This document shows, piece after piece, positions 1-8,935 of a stretch of 64,000 nt of DNA. The number at the start of each line of letters is the position of its first letter. Positions within the stretch are counted from its first letter, which is position 1. Source of the stretch: Oxalobacteraceae bacterium (GTDB taxonomy: Bacteria > Pseudomonadota > Gammaproteobacteria > Burkholderiales > Burkholderiaceae_D); assembly GCA_027490725.1 (NCBI GenBank), contig JAIXXN010000062.1, positions 3,007-67,006 on the forward strand, in the 5' to 3' direction. The translations under genes were made by a program, and so were the position numbers. Under the pieces are notes generated by a model, which ran no database searches, was not told where the DNA came from, and worked only from the letters and a program-made list of their open reading frames with translations.

Positions 1-98
1 AAGTGCTGCGCCAGATCCCTTCGCCTGAAGCCCTGGAAATTGCCAAATCGCTGGAATCGAATTCCGGCCCCGGTCTGCTGATCCAGCAAACCGCCTGA
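1..98 (+). CDS. flaG: 3' end of a FlaG-like flagellar protein gene (partial, runs off left edge)
   Basis: Frame 3 reads ...VLRQIPSPEALEIAKSLESNSGPGLLIQQTA* with TGA at 96-98. The tail motif and the position directly upstream of fliD fit my recollection of FlaG. Only 31 codons are visible. Confidence 0.4.
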   Translation, partial: VLRQIPSPEALEIAKSLESNSGPGLLIQQTA

Positions 99-99
99 A

Positions 100-130
100 G
101 CGTCTGCGCCACTGCGCGCAGACGTTTTTC
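100..130 (+). terminator. Rho-independent terminator after flaG
   Basis: 9 bp GC-rich stem CGTCTGCGC (101-109) / GCGCAGACG (116-124), 6 nt loop, then TTTTT (125-129). Confidence 0.7.
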
Positions 131-263
131 CCGCCACGCAGCCGTTTGCGTGCCGTCTTCCCGCCCCTCACGGCGGCGTCTTCCTGACGCCGGGCCGTCG
201 CTTTATCACATCTACACTGCCGGTTTTTTCCGCTTTGCCCGAACTAACGGGTAATCGCCCCTC

Positions 264-290
264 TCAAGTCGGGTTTGATTCCGCCGATAT
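264..290 (+). promoter_or_regulatory. Sigma-28 (FliA)-type promoter for fliDST
   Basis: TCAAGTCG (264-271), 11 nt spacer, GCCGATAT (283-290). Against consensus TAAAGTTT-N11-GCCGATAA this is 5/8 and 7/8. It lies 35 nt upstream of the fliD start. Confidence 0.55.
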
Positions 291-324
291 TGTCTTATAT
301 TATTGCTTTACTTAGGAGCACACC

Positions 325-3006
325 GTGGGCATCTCATCACCTGGCATCGGTTCAGGCATCGACGTCAACACCATCGTCAGCAAGCTGATGGCGGTGGAGT
401 CTGCGCCGCTGAACGATTTCGATAAGAAATCGGCCAGTTATCTGGCCCAGGTGTCGGCCTTCGGCAATCTGTCCGGGGCACTCGGTACCTTCCAGGGCGC
501 ACTCTCCGGCCTGACCTCGGTATCCAGCTTCCAGTCGCTAGTCAGCACCCCCAGTGATTCCACCGTGATCAGCGCGACCGCCAACAGCACCGCGCAGGCC
601 GGCAACTACCGGATCAGTATCAACCAGCTCGCACAAGCGCAAACCCTCGGTTCGGGTGGTTACAAGAGCACCACCGCAGCCATCGGCCTGGGCGCCAAGA
701 CCACCATTAACTTTGCCCTCGGCACCGTGAGCGGCGGCAGTTTCGGCCTGGCCGGAACCGCGCTGGGCGCCAGCCTGAGCAGTGGCGGTCTGAGCACCGG
801 CTCGCTGAGCCTGAACAATACCGTGATCGCCACTGACGGCACGACCCGCAGCGCCCGTCTGCTGGCGGACGCGATCAATGCCAAAAGCACCACCACTGGC
901 GTGTCAGCCAAGCCTAGTGCAACGCTCACCAGCGCCACGCTGTTCGGCGCCAGTGGCGCCAGCAGCTATGGCGATGTGGATACCAGCGCGGGCGGCAGCT
1001 ATGCACTGTCCGTGGGCGGCGTCGAAATTGCCGCCCAGGCCAGCGGCGTGGCCAGCGGTGCCGGGCTCACCGCCGCCGCGCTCGACACGGCGCTGGCCAG
1101 CGGCGCCATCAGCCGTGCGCTGGCAGACGCCAACATCACCGTCAGCGGCACGGCCGCCGATGGCACCCTGCAATTTAGTAATGCCGATGGCAGTAATATC
1201 GCGGTCACTGAAGTCGTCACCGGCAGCGTGACTGGCGGCATCGACAATAGCGGCACGGCCAATGTCGGCTCCGCCACCACTGCGGTAGGCAGTATCGCCC
1301 TGGTCTCGGCCGATGGCAGCCCGATTACGGTGGGCGGCACCAATCCAGCCGGCGCCGGCTTTACGGCCGGCACCGGCGGCAGCTATCTGGGCGCCAGTTT
1401 TACCGCCGACGCGACCCGCACCAGCGGCAACATCGTCATCGATAGTAGTAATAACACCCTGCAGGGCATCCTCGAAGCCATCAACAAGGGCAATTTCGGC
1501 GTTACCGCCAGCATCGTCTCGGACGGTTCCACCGGCACCGGCGCCACCCCCAACCACCTGATCCTGACCGCCAGCGCCACCGGTGTCAGTTCGACCATGA
1601 AGATTTCGCTGGCTGGCTCCGGCGGCAACCCGCCCGACCCGGCACTGGAAGCACTGCTGGGCTACGACCCGGCCGGAGTGCAGAACCTGAGCCAGAAAGC
1701 GGCCGCCGCCGACACCCGCGCCACCGTAAACGGCATTGCCGTGACCAGTTCCGGCACCAGCATCGGCGGCGCGATTGCCGGCGTCAATATCAGCGCGTTG
1801 AAAGTCGGCAGCTCGACGCTGAACGTCTCCAAGGACAGCAGCACCCTGACCACCTCGGTGAACGGCTTTGTCAAAGCGTTTAACGAACTGAGCGGCCAGA
1901 TCACGTCGCTCGGTGGCTACAACGCCGATACCAAGTCGGGCGGTCCGCTGCTCGGCGATACCACCTTGCGCAATCTGCAGGCCGGCATCCGCCGTCAACT
2001 GTCGACCTCGATTACTGGCTTGCGCGGCACCAACCTGACCAATCTGTCCCAGATCGGCATCTCGTTCCAGAAGGACGGCAGCCTGACACTGGACAATGCC
2101 AAACTGCAGAAAGCAGTCAATAACAATTTCAATGACATCGCCGGGCTGTTCGCTGCCGTAGGCCGCGGCACCGATCCTGATGTCAAATTCGCCAGCTCGG
2201 GCACCAAAACCCAAGCCGGTGACTACGCCCTGAATATCACCCAGCTGGCCACCCAAGGCAAATTGCAGGGCACCCAGGTCTTGCCGGCTGAAACCACCAT
2301 CGATGCCGATACCACCTGGAGCGTCACGCTCAACGATACCACTCCGGCCACGCTGGCCAACACCGCCACCATCAGTCTGCCTGCCGGTACCTATAACCCC
2401 AGCCAGCTGGCGACGTTGCTGCAGTCATCCATCAATGGCGTGAGTGCCTTTGCCAATGCCGGCGCCACCGTCACGGCCACCATCGGCGATGACGGTAAAC
2501 TGAAACTGGAATCGACCCGCTACGGCGCCAAATCCAACATCCATGTGGCGAACGCCACCGGCACCGACATCAGTACCGTGTTCGGCAGCGGCAGTTCGGT
2601 CGATGGCCTCGATGTGGCCGGTACCATCGGCGGCTATACCGCCACCGGCGACGGCCAGACGTTGACGGGCGCCGCCGGCGCCCCGGTGGAAGGCCTGAAG
2701 CTGACAGTGACCGGTGATGCGATCGGCAACCGCGGCACTTTCGGCTTCTCGCAAGGCTATGCCTACCAGCTGAATGCACTGGCAGCAACCTATCTGGGTG
2801 CCAAGGGGGCGATTACCAGCCGCACCACCGGCTTGAACAGTTCGGTGAAAGATATTACCAAGCAGCGCGATGCGTTCAGTTCGCGTCTGACCGATATTGA
2901 AGCGCGTTACCGCAAACAATACACGGCACTCGATACCTCGATTGCCAGTATGAATAAAACCGCGTCATTCCTGACGCAACAGTTCGCAGCCCTGAACAAC
3001 GGCTAG
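325..3006 (+). CDS. fliD: Flagellar filament cap protein FliD (hook-associated protein 2), unusually long at 893 aa
   Basis: GTG start with AGGAG 6 nt upstream. N-terminus MGISSPGIGSGIDVNTIVSKLMAVESAPL and C-terminus ...YRKQYTALDTSIASMNKTASFLTQQF are classic FliD termini. Followed by fliS. Confidence 0.93.
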   Translation: MGISSPGIGSGIDVNTIVSKLMAVESAPLNDFDKKSASYLAQVSAFGNLSGALGTFQGALSGLTSVSSFQSLVSTPSDSTVISATANSTAQAGNYRISINQLAQAQTLGSGGYKSTTAAIGLGAKTTINFALGTVSGGSFGLAGTALGASLSSGGLSTGSLSLNNTVIATDGTTRSARLLADAINAKSTTTGVSAKPSATLTSATLFGASGASSYGDVDTSAGGSYALSVGGVEIAAQASGVASGAGLTAAALDTALASGAISRALADANITVSGTAADGTLQFSNADGSNIAVTEVVTGSVTGGIDNSGTANVGSATTAVGSIALVSADGSPITVGGTNPAGAGFTAGTGGSYLGASFTADATRTSGNIVIDSSNNTLQGILEAINKGNFGVTASIVSDGSTGTGATPNHLILTASATGVSSTMKISLAGSGGNPPDPALEALLGYDPAGVQNLSQKAAAADTRATVNGIAVTSSGTSIGGAIAGVNISALKVGSSTLNVSKDSSTLTTSVNGFVKAFNELSGQITSLGGYNADTKSGGPLLGDTTLRNLQAGIRRQLSTSITGLRGTNLTNLSQIGISFQKDGSLTLDNAKLQKAVNNNFNDIAGLFAAVGRGTDPDVKFASSGTKTQAGDYALNITQLATQGKLQGTQVLPAETTIDADTTWSVTLNDTTPATLANTATISLPAGTYNPSQLATLLQSSINGVSAFANAGATVTATIGDDGKLKLESTRYGAKSNIHVANATGTDISTVFGSGSSVDGLDVAGTIGGYTATGDGQTLTGAAGAPVEGLKLTVTGDAIGNRGTFGFSQGYAYQLNALAATYLGAKGAITSRTTGLNSSVKDITKQRDAFSSRLTDIEARYRKQYTALDTSIASMNKTASFLTQQFAALNNG

Positions 3007-3034
3007 GCGCGAACGCTTTAACAGGAGAGTGAGT

Positions 3035-3475
3035 ATGTTCGGATCCCGACAAACTGGCGTGCATGCCTATGCCAAGGTAGGTATGGAAACGGGCGTGGTA
3101 GCCGCCAGTCCCCACAAGCTGATCGTCATGCTGTTCGACGGTGCGCTGGTGGCGCTGGGCACCGCGCTGCATAGTATGCGCGACGGCAATATCGGCGAAA
3201 AAGGCAAGTCGATCTCCAAAGCCATCATGATTATCGATAGCGGCCTGCGTGCCGCGCTCGATAAAAAGGCCGGCGGAGAGATTGCCGAAGGCCTCGATGC
3301 GCTGTACGAATACATGAGCGGCCGTCTGCTGACGGCCAACCTGACCAATGACACGGCGATTCTGGAAGAAGTCCAGCGCCTGCTGAGCGAGTTGCGCGAT
3401 GCCTGGAATGCCATCGCCGACACCCCGGCCGTGACTGGCCAGCCTACCCCGACTCCTTCTCTCGCGAGCGCCTGA
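3035..3475 (+). CDS. fliS: Flagellin-specific chaperone FliS
   Basis: MFGSRQTGVHAYAKVGMETGVVAASPHKLIVMLFDGAL... is a typical FliS N-terminus. ATG at 3035 sits 6 nt after AGGAGA; the ORF-track GTG at 3029 abuts the RBS. Confidence 0.9.
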   Translation: MFGSRQTGVHAYAKVGMETGVVAASPHKLIVMLFDGALVALGTALHSMRDGNIGEKGKSISKAIMIIDSGLRAALDKKAGGEIAEGLDALYEYMSGRLLTANLTNDTAILEEVQRLLSELRDAWNAIADTPAVTGQPTPTPSLASA

Positions 3476-3478
3476 TCG

Positions 3479-3808
3479 ATGATGAACCACCAAGAGGTTT
3501 TAGCGGTATACGCCGCGATGGCAGACCTGACCGAACAGATGGTCGCTGCCGCGCGCAGCAGCGACTGGGACCAGCTGGTACTGCTCGAGCAGCGTAGCGC
3601 TGCCCACGTGCAGACCCTGCGCGAACAGGACATCGGCCTGCCGATGCGCGGCGCCGAACGCGAACGCAAGATCGAACTGATTCGCCAGATGCTCAATGCC
3701 GACCGGCAGATCCGCGACCTGACCATGCCCTGGATGGCACAGCTATCGAAACTGATCAACGCCACCGGTACGGAACGGCGCGTGGTGTCGGCCTACGGTA
3801 GCGTCTAG
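3479..3808 (+). CDS. fliT: Flagellar chaperone FliT
   Basis: 109 aa, apparently helical protein immediately after fliS (3 nt gap). Size and position are typical of FliT. Confidence 0.7.
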   Translation: MMNHQEVLAVYAAMADLTEQMVAAARSSDWDQLVLLEQRSAAHVQTLREQDIGLPMRGAERERKIELIRQMLNADRQIRDLTMPWMAQLSKLINATGTERRVVSAYGSV

Positions 3809-3822
3809 ATCGCGGCGCGCTG

Positions 3823-5418
3823 ATGCTGCCCACCTCGCTGACCATTCCCCCCGTCGGTGCGGTGGCGGCAACCGGCCCGGCCGTGGCGATCGGCGACGGT
3901 CGTCAGGCCGCCTTCCAGCGTGCCTTGCAAAGTCTGGTGGGCCAGTCCGTCACGGGTGAAGTGCTGGCCCGTTTCCAGGACGGCAGCTTCATGGTCAATG
4001 TCGCCGACCATGGGGTACGCATGCAACTGCCGACCGATGCCAGCATCGGCAGCCGGCTCCCACTTACCGTGCTCAGCGCGGAACCGCGCGCCAGCTTCGA
4101 ACTGCACCAGCCCAGCGCCAGCGTCGTGCTATATGGCGAAGCCCATGCCAGCGATGGCACGGCCGACCTGTACAGCCCCGCGCCACATACCAGCCCGGCC
4201 AGCGCGCCTGGCGCCAGTGGCAACGCACATTCTGCCAGTAACCCTGCCAGCAGCGCCTTGCCGCAGGCCGCGGCCAGTACTGCCACCAATAGCGCCACCA
4301 ATACCGCCGCCAGTAGTCCTACTAGCCTTGCGACGGCCAGCCCCGGCGCGGGTACCCCCCCCACTGCCGGGACGGGCGCGACGCCCGCCGCCGGCATGGC
4401 CGCCCAGCTAGCCGCTGGCGCAGCGGCGAATCCGGCACTGCTTGCCAGTCTGCTCGCGGCAGCAGGCACCCCGGTCTCCCAGCGCAATGCGCCAACTGGC
4501 CGCCTGACCAGTCCGGCCGGCACGGGCGCCGACAGCGCCGCGCTATTCGCCGGCGACGGCGCTGACCCGACCAGCCTCGCTAGCAGCGCCAGTGTCAGCA
4601 GCACCGCCGCCCATGCAGCGAGCGCCGGCAACGCCGCAGCACGCGCCCACAGTTCCGCCGCCAGCCTGCTAGGCAAAGCCCCGCTCACCCCGCTGGCCGA
4701 ACTGCCCGGCCTCGATGCCGGCACGGCCCAGCCGGAACTGAGTGGCGCGGCCCGCATGCTGGGCAGCTTACTGAGCCAGCCCAACAGTGCCAGCGCCCTC
4801 CCCCTGCTAGGCAAAACCGCCCTGTTTGGCCATGCCGCGCCGGATCCGGCACAACTGGCCCAGACCTTGCGGAGCAGTATCGAGGAAAGCGGGCTGTTTT
4901 ATGAATCGCATCTGGCCGCCTGGGCACGTGGAGAACGCTCGCTGGAACAACTGCAGCGCGAACCACAGATGCAGACAGCGCAACAGGCTGCGCAGCAGGG
5001 CCCCCATCCGGATGGCACAGCGCCCGACCGGGCTGCGGCCCAGCAAATCAACCAGCAATTGCTGGCACAGGAACAGGGCCGCCTGCATTGGCAGGGAGAA
5101 AGCTGGCCGGGCCAGCCCATCCAGTGGGAGATCCAGCGCCAGCCCGGAGCGGAGCAGCGCGATGGCCGCGCCGGCAGCGACGACGCACCGGCCAGCATCT
5201 GGCGCAGCAGCCTGCGCTTGCGCTTTGCCGCGCTGGGGAATCTGTCCGCCACCATCACCATGGTCGGCCAGCAAGTCCATTTGCAACTCCTCACCGACGT
5301 CGACGACAGCGCCGCCACCCTGCGCGCGCAGGCGCCGGTGCTGAGCGCCTCCATGGCCGCTGCCGGCATTCCCCTGAGTTCGCTCAGTATCGACCAGGAC
5401 GACACGCATGACGGATGA
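3823..5418 (+). CDS. Second FliK-like (hook-length control C-terminal domain) protein, Ala/Ser/Pro-rich centre
   Basis: 531 aa. Low-complexity middle. The C-terminal part (..IEESGLFYESHLAAWARGE.., ..GESWPGQPIQWEIQ.., ..LRLRFAALGNLSATITMVGQQVHLQL..) resembles the Flg_hook/FliK C-terminal domain as I recall it. The canonical fliK is elsewhere (12672-14348). Confidence 0.6.
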   Translation: MLPTSLTIPPVGAVAATGPAVAIGDGRQAAFQRALQSLVGQSVTGEVLARFQDGSFMVNVADHGVRMQLPTDASIGSRLPLTVLSAEPRASFELHQPSASVVLYGEAHASDGTADLYSPAPHTSPASAPGASGNAHSASNPASSALPQAAASTATNSATNTAASSPTSLATASPGAGTPPTAGTGATPAAGMAAQLAAGAAANPALLASLLAAAGTPVSQRNAPTGRLTSPAGTGADSAALFAGDGADPTSLASSASVSSTAAHAASAGNAAARAHSSAASLLGKAPLTPLAELPGLDAGTAQPELSGAARMLGSLLSQPNSASALPLLGKTALFGHAAPDPAQLAQTLRSSIEESGLFYESHLAAWARGERSLEQLQREPQMQTAQQAAQQGPHPDGTAPDRAAAQQINQQLLAQEQGRLHWQGESWPGQPIQWEIQRQPGAEQRDGRAGSDDAPASIWRSSLRLRFAALGNLSATITMVGQQVHLQLLTDVDDSAATLRAQAPVLSASMAAAGIPLSSLSIDQDDTHDG

Positions 5419-5767
5419 GCATCCCCCCCGTCCCCTGCAGCGCGCCGTGGCCCTGGCCTATGGAAGCGGCGACGCCGCCCCGAAGGTGGTGGCCAAAGGG
5501 CGCGGCCTGATCGCCGAGCAGATTATCGATATAGCGCTGGAAGCCGGCGTCTTCGTGCACGAGTCGCGCGATCTGGTCGCGATGCTGATGGATATCGATC
5601 TGGACCAGCAGATTCCGCCCACCCTCTACAGGACGATTGCGGAACTACTAGCGTGGCTATATCATATTGAATCAGCGCAAAAGTCCGGACTGCCTTTACC
5701 GCCTCCACCGGCTCCCCCGGACCCGCTCGCTTCACTTAGTGACTCACTTACTGACCTACAAAACTGA
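5408..5767 (+). CDS. Standalone FlhB C-terminal (FlhB_CC, EscU/YscU/HrcU-family) domain protein
   Basis: 119 aa. AVALAYGSGDAAPKVVAKGRGLIAEQIIDIALEAGVFVHESRDLVAMLM aligns by eye with the segment after NPTH in this window's own FlhB ([50 protein letters not shown]). No TM region and no NPTH. Overlaps the upstream ORF by 11 nt. Confidence 0.8.
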   Translation: MTDEHPPRPLQRAVALAYGSGDAAPKVVAKGRGLIAEQIIDIALEAGVFVHESRDLVAMLMDIDLDQQIPPTLYRTIAELLAWLYHIESAQKSGLPLPPPPAPPDPLASLSDSLTDLQN

Positions 5768-6525
5768 TGTACCCACACTTCCAGGATACGGCTTTAGAGA
5801 ACTGGCACGATTTCGAAGTCGAATCGCGCAAGGAAATTATTTCCCTGTTAAGAGGCATTAGCAGCAAGAAGCAGATGGTGCGCATGCTCATCCAGGGCGA
5901 GAACGACGTGTGCGTCACGGCGATTCTGGACGTGGACGAAGACAGCAATACCGTGCTGCTCGACAGCGCCATCGATGTGGCGCAGAACAAACGCATCCTG
6001 TCGTCGCGCCGCCTGTCCTTCGAGACCTCGCTCGACAAGGTACGCATCCTGTTCGCTGCCGATGGCATTACCAGCACCACCTATGGCGGCCATCCGGCCT
6101 ACCGGATTGCCGTTCCGCCTACCCTGATCCGTCTGCAGCGCCGCGAGTACTACCGGATTGCGACCCCGGTCAGCGATCCGGTACGGGTGCTGGTGACCCT
6201 GCCAGATGAACTGGGTGGCCCGACCAGCTTCCCGCTGGCCGACATCAGCTGCGGCGGGATCGCCATCCTCGACAATAAAATCGTACTCGGTGAAGCGGTC
6301 GGCCGCAGTTATCCGTCTTGCCGCCTGGATTTGCCCGATATTGGCCCGGTGACCACCGACCTGCAGGTGCGCAATTCGGTCGATATGACGCTGCTCAACA
6401 ACAAGAGCAACCGCCGTCTTGGCTGTGAATTCGTGAATATTTCGCGTGGCAGTCTGGCCGCCGTGCAGCGCTACATCACCCGCCTGGAACGCGAGCGCAA
6501 TGCCCGCATTGCCGGCCTGAGCTAA
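5767..6525 (+). CDS. ycgR: c-di-GMP-binding flagellar brake protein YcgR (YcgR-N plus PilZ domains)
   Basis: PilZ motifs are present: RxxxR (LQRREYYR) and DxSxxG (DISCGG). 252 aa. Its ATG overlaps the upstream stop (TGATG). Confidence 0.85.
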   Translation: MYPHFQDTALENWHDFEVESRKEIISLLRGISSKKQMVRMLIQGENDVCVTAILDVDEDSNTVLLDSAIDVAQNKRILSSRRLSFETSLDKVRILFAADGITSTTYGGHPAYRIAVPPTLIRLQRREYYRIATPVSDPVRVLVTLPDELGGPTSFPLADISCGGIAILDNKIVLGEAVGRSYPSCRLDLPDIGPVTTDLQVRNSVDMTLLNNKSNRRLGCEFVNISRGSLAAVQRYITRLERERNARIAGLS

Positions 6526-6538
6526 ACGAGACCGGCCG

Positions 6539-6562
6539 GGCCATGGCCGTCAGGCCGTGGCC
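6539..6562. terminator. GC-rich hairpin between convergent ycgR and fliE (possible terminator, no T-run)
   Basis: GGCCATGGCC (6539-6548), loop GTCA, GGCCGTGGCC (6553-6562). 10 bp stem with one G-U pair. No flanking U-tract. Confidence 0.3.
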
Positions 6563-6601
6563 GGCCCAGTCTGACCCAGTCCGCCCCAAAACGGCGCGGA
6601 C

Positions 6602-6946
6602 TTACACCTGCATATTCATGATCTCGTGGTAGGCCGACACTAGCTTGTTGCGTACCTGAATCGAGGCCTGGAAGTTGATACTGGCTTTCTGGGTGGCAAT
6701 CATCATGTCCGACAGACTGACGCTATCATCACCCAGCGCAAATTTCTGGCTCATGTCTTCCGCCTTGACCTGGCTGGCATTGACGCCTTCCAGCGCATTT
6801 TTCAACGCATCGGAAAACTCCACCTTGGGCGCGGCCGTCGGCTCGGTCTTGATCACCGGCGGCGTCAGGCTCGGACGGGTCGCGTGCGCCTTCAATTGCG
6901 CAATCATATTCTGTATCTGGGTACTGTCGATGCCGCCAGTTCGCAT
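6602..6946 (-). CDS. fliE: Flagellar hook-basal body complex protein FliE
   Basis: C-terminus ...ATQKASINFQASIQVRNKLVSAYHEIMNMQV is typical FliE. The start at 6946 (MRTGGIDS..) is preceded by GGAGGA; the ORF-track start at 6991 is probably too far upstream. Confidence 0.9.
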   Translation of the reverse strand: MRTGGIDSTQIQNMIAQLKAHATRPSLTPPVIKTEPTAAPKVEFSDALKNALEGVNASQVKAEDMSQKFALGDDSVSLSDMMIATQKASINFQASIQVRNKLVSAYHEIMNMQV

Positions 6947-7171
6947 GGGATCCTCCATCTTGTTGCTGTCACGGAACAAATTCCACGACATGGCCGGTCG
7001 CAGCGTTACAATACGTCACGGCTCTTTCAGTGCTAGCAGAATAACAGCGCGACAGTCCAGCCACAGCGGTGAGCAGAGACTGAAACGCGCCTCTATTTGC
7101 CCGATTGAAATGCCCCGGCACACGCCATAATCGCTCATCCTTCCACGAACCCGTACCGGAAAAACCTCATC

Positions 7172-8935
7172 ATGGCCGTAGCCGAAACCATCGACAACGA
7201 CAGCGTAAGCGAGACTGGCGACGAAGACAGTACCGAACAGCTATCGTTCTTCCAGACTCCGCTGGGCCGCAATTTCATGCGCGCCGCGGCCGGCGCGGCC
7301 ATTATTGCCGTGCTGGTCGGGCTGTGGCTGTGGAATAAAGCGCCTGATTACGGCGTGCTGTTCTCCAACTACTCCGACCGCGATGGCGGCGCCATCACGG
7401 CCGAACTCGACAAGCTCAACATCAAGCACAAGTTCTCCGACAATGGCACGGCGATTCTGGTGCCTGTCGAACAGGTGCATGATGTGCGCCTGAAGCTGGC
7501 GGCGCAGGGCTTGCCCAAGGGTGGCATCGTCGGCTTCGAGCTGATGGAAAACCAAAAACTGGGGGTCTCGCAATTCCTCGAACAGGTCAATTACCAGCGC
7601 GCGCTGGAAGGTGAACTGGCGCGTTCGATCCAGTCGCTGGCGGCGGTCGAAGTGGCACGCGTCCATCTGGCGCTGCCCAAACCATCGGTGTTCGTACGTG
7701 ACCAGCAAAAACCTACCGCCTCGGTGCTGCTGACGCTGCGCCCGAACAGCATGATCGATGCCCAGCAGACCGGCGCCATCGTGCACCTGGTGGCCTCGAG
7801 CGTACCGGAACTGCTGCCGGCCAACGTCACTGTGGTCGACCAGACCGGTAACCTGATTTCCGAACTGAACAAAAATGGCAGTGCCGGCCTGAACGCCAAA
7901 AACATGAACGAGACCCAGCTCAAGTATGTCAAAGACATGCAGCAGCAGGTGATCCGTCAGGTCGAATCGATCATCATCCCCATCGTCGGCGAAGGCAATG
8001 TGCGCGCCGAAGCCACTGCCGATGTGGACTTTGCCCAGATCGAACAGGCCGCCGAAACCTATAAGCCGAATTCGCCGCCGGCGGCCTCCGCCATCCGCAG
8101 CCAGCAAAGCAGCGAAACCAGCGGCAGCGCCGGCAGCAACAATCCGAACGGTATTCCCGGCGCCCTGTCCAACCAGCCACCGGGTACCGCGACCGCCCCG
8201 CTAAACCAGACTGCCGCTACCGGCGCTACCGCCCCCGCCCCCGGCACACCACCGGGCGCCGCCACCGGCAGCAGTGGTACGGGTAGCCCGACCCACAAGG
8301 AGTCGACCACCAACTATGAAGTCGACAAGACCGTGCGCTACGAGCAGCGCGGCATGGGCGGCCTGCGCCGCCTGACGGTGGCCGTGGTGGTAAATCACCG
8401 CCGCATAGTCGGTAAAGATGGTAAGGTCACGGTGAAAGCCTACACGCCGGAGGAAATGGTCAAGATCAATGATCTGGTCAAACAGGCAATGGGCTACAAC
8501 CAGGACCGCGGCGATGCCGTCAGCGTCGCCAATGCGCCCTTCGAGGGCGTCGACCGGCCGTACGAACCGGCGCCCGAATGGTGGCGCGACCCGGCCAATC
8601 TGCCACTGGCCAAAGACTTTGCCAAGTTCCTCATCACGGCCCTGATTCTGCTCTACATCGTGCTGCGTATCGTGAAACCGATGATGCGCCCGGTATTCAA
8701 GAAAATCGACGAGTTCAACGCCGTCGAGCCGGAACCGGAAGAGCCGGAAGAACCGGAGGAAGAGGAAGAAGAAAGACCCAACGACGCCCTCATCGCCGAA
8801 GAAGAATTGCGCCTCATGGAAGAAACCACGGTGCGCAGCTACCGCGAAAACCTGGCCATGGCGAAGAAACTGGCAACCGAAGACCCGCGAATTGTGGCCA
8901 ACATCATCAAGGAATGGATAGGCGCAAATGACTGA
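7172..8935 (+). CDS. fliF: Flagellar MS-ring protein FliF
   Basis: 587 aa. Has an N-terminal TM segment, conserved LAAQGLPKGG..GFELM block, a C-terminal TM segment and an acidic tail. Overlaps fliG by 8 nt. Confidence 0.95.
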   Translation: MAVAETIDNDSVSETGDEDSTEQLSFFQTPLGRNFMRAAAGAAIIAVLVGLWLWNKAPDYGVLFSNYSDRDGGAITAELDKLNIKHKFSDNGTAILVPVEQVHDVRLKLAAQGLPKGGIVGFELMENQKLGVSQFLEQVNYQRALEGELARSIQSLAAVEVARVHLALPKPSVFVRDQQKPTASVLLTLRPNSMIDAQQTGAIVHLVASSVPELLPANVTVVDQTGNLISELNKNGSAGLNAKNMNETQLKYVKDMQQQVIRQVESIIIPIVGEGNVRAEATADVDFAQIEQAAETYKPNSPPAASAIRSQQSSETSGSAGSNNPNGIPGALSNQPPGTATAPLNQTAATGATAPAPGTPPGAATGSSGTGSPTHKESTTNYEVDKTVRYEQRGMGGLRRLTVAVVVNHRRIVGKDGKVTVKAYTPEEMVKINDLVKQAMGYNQDRGDAVSVANAPFEGVDRPYEPAPEWWRDPANLPLAKDFAKFLITALILLYIVLRIVKPMMRPVFKKIDEFNAVEPEPEEPEEPEEEEEERPNDALIAEEELRLMEETTVRSYRENLAMAKKLATEDPRIVANIIKEWIGAND

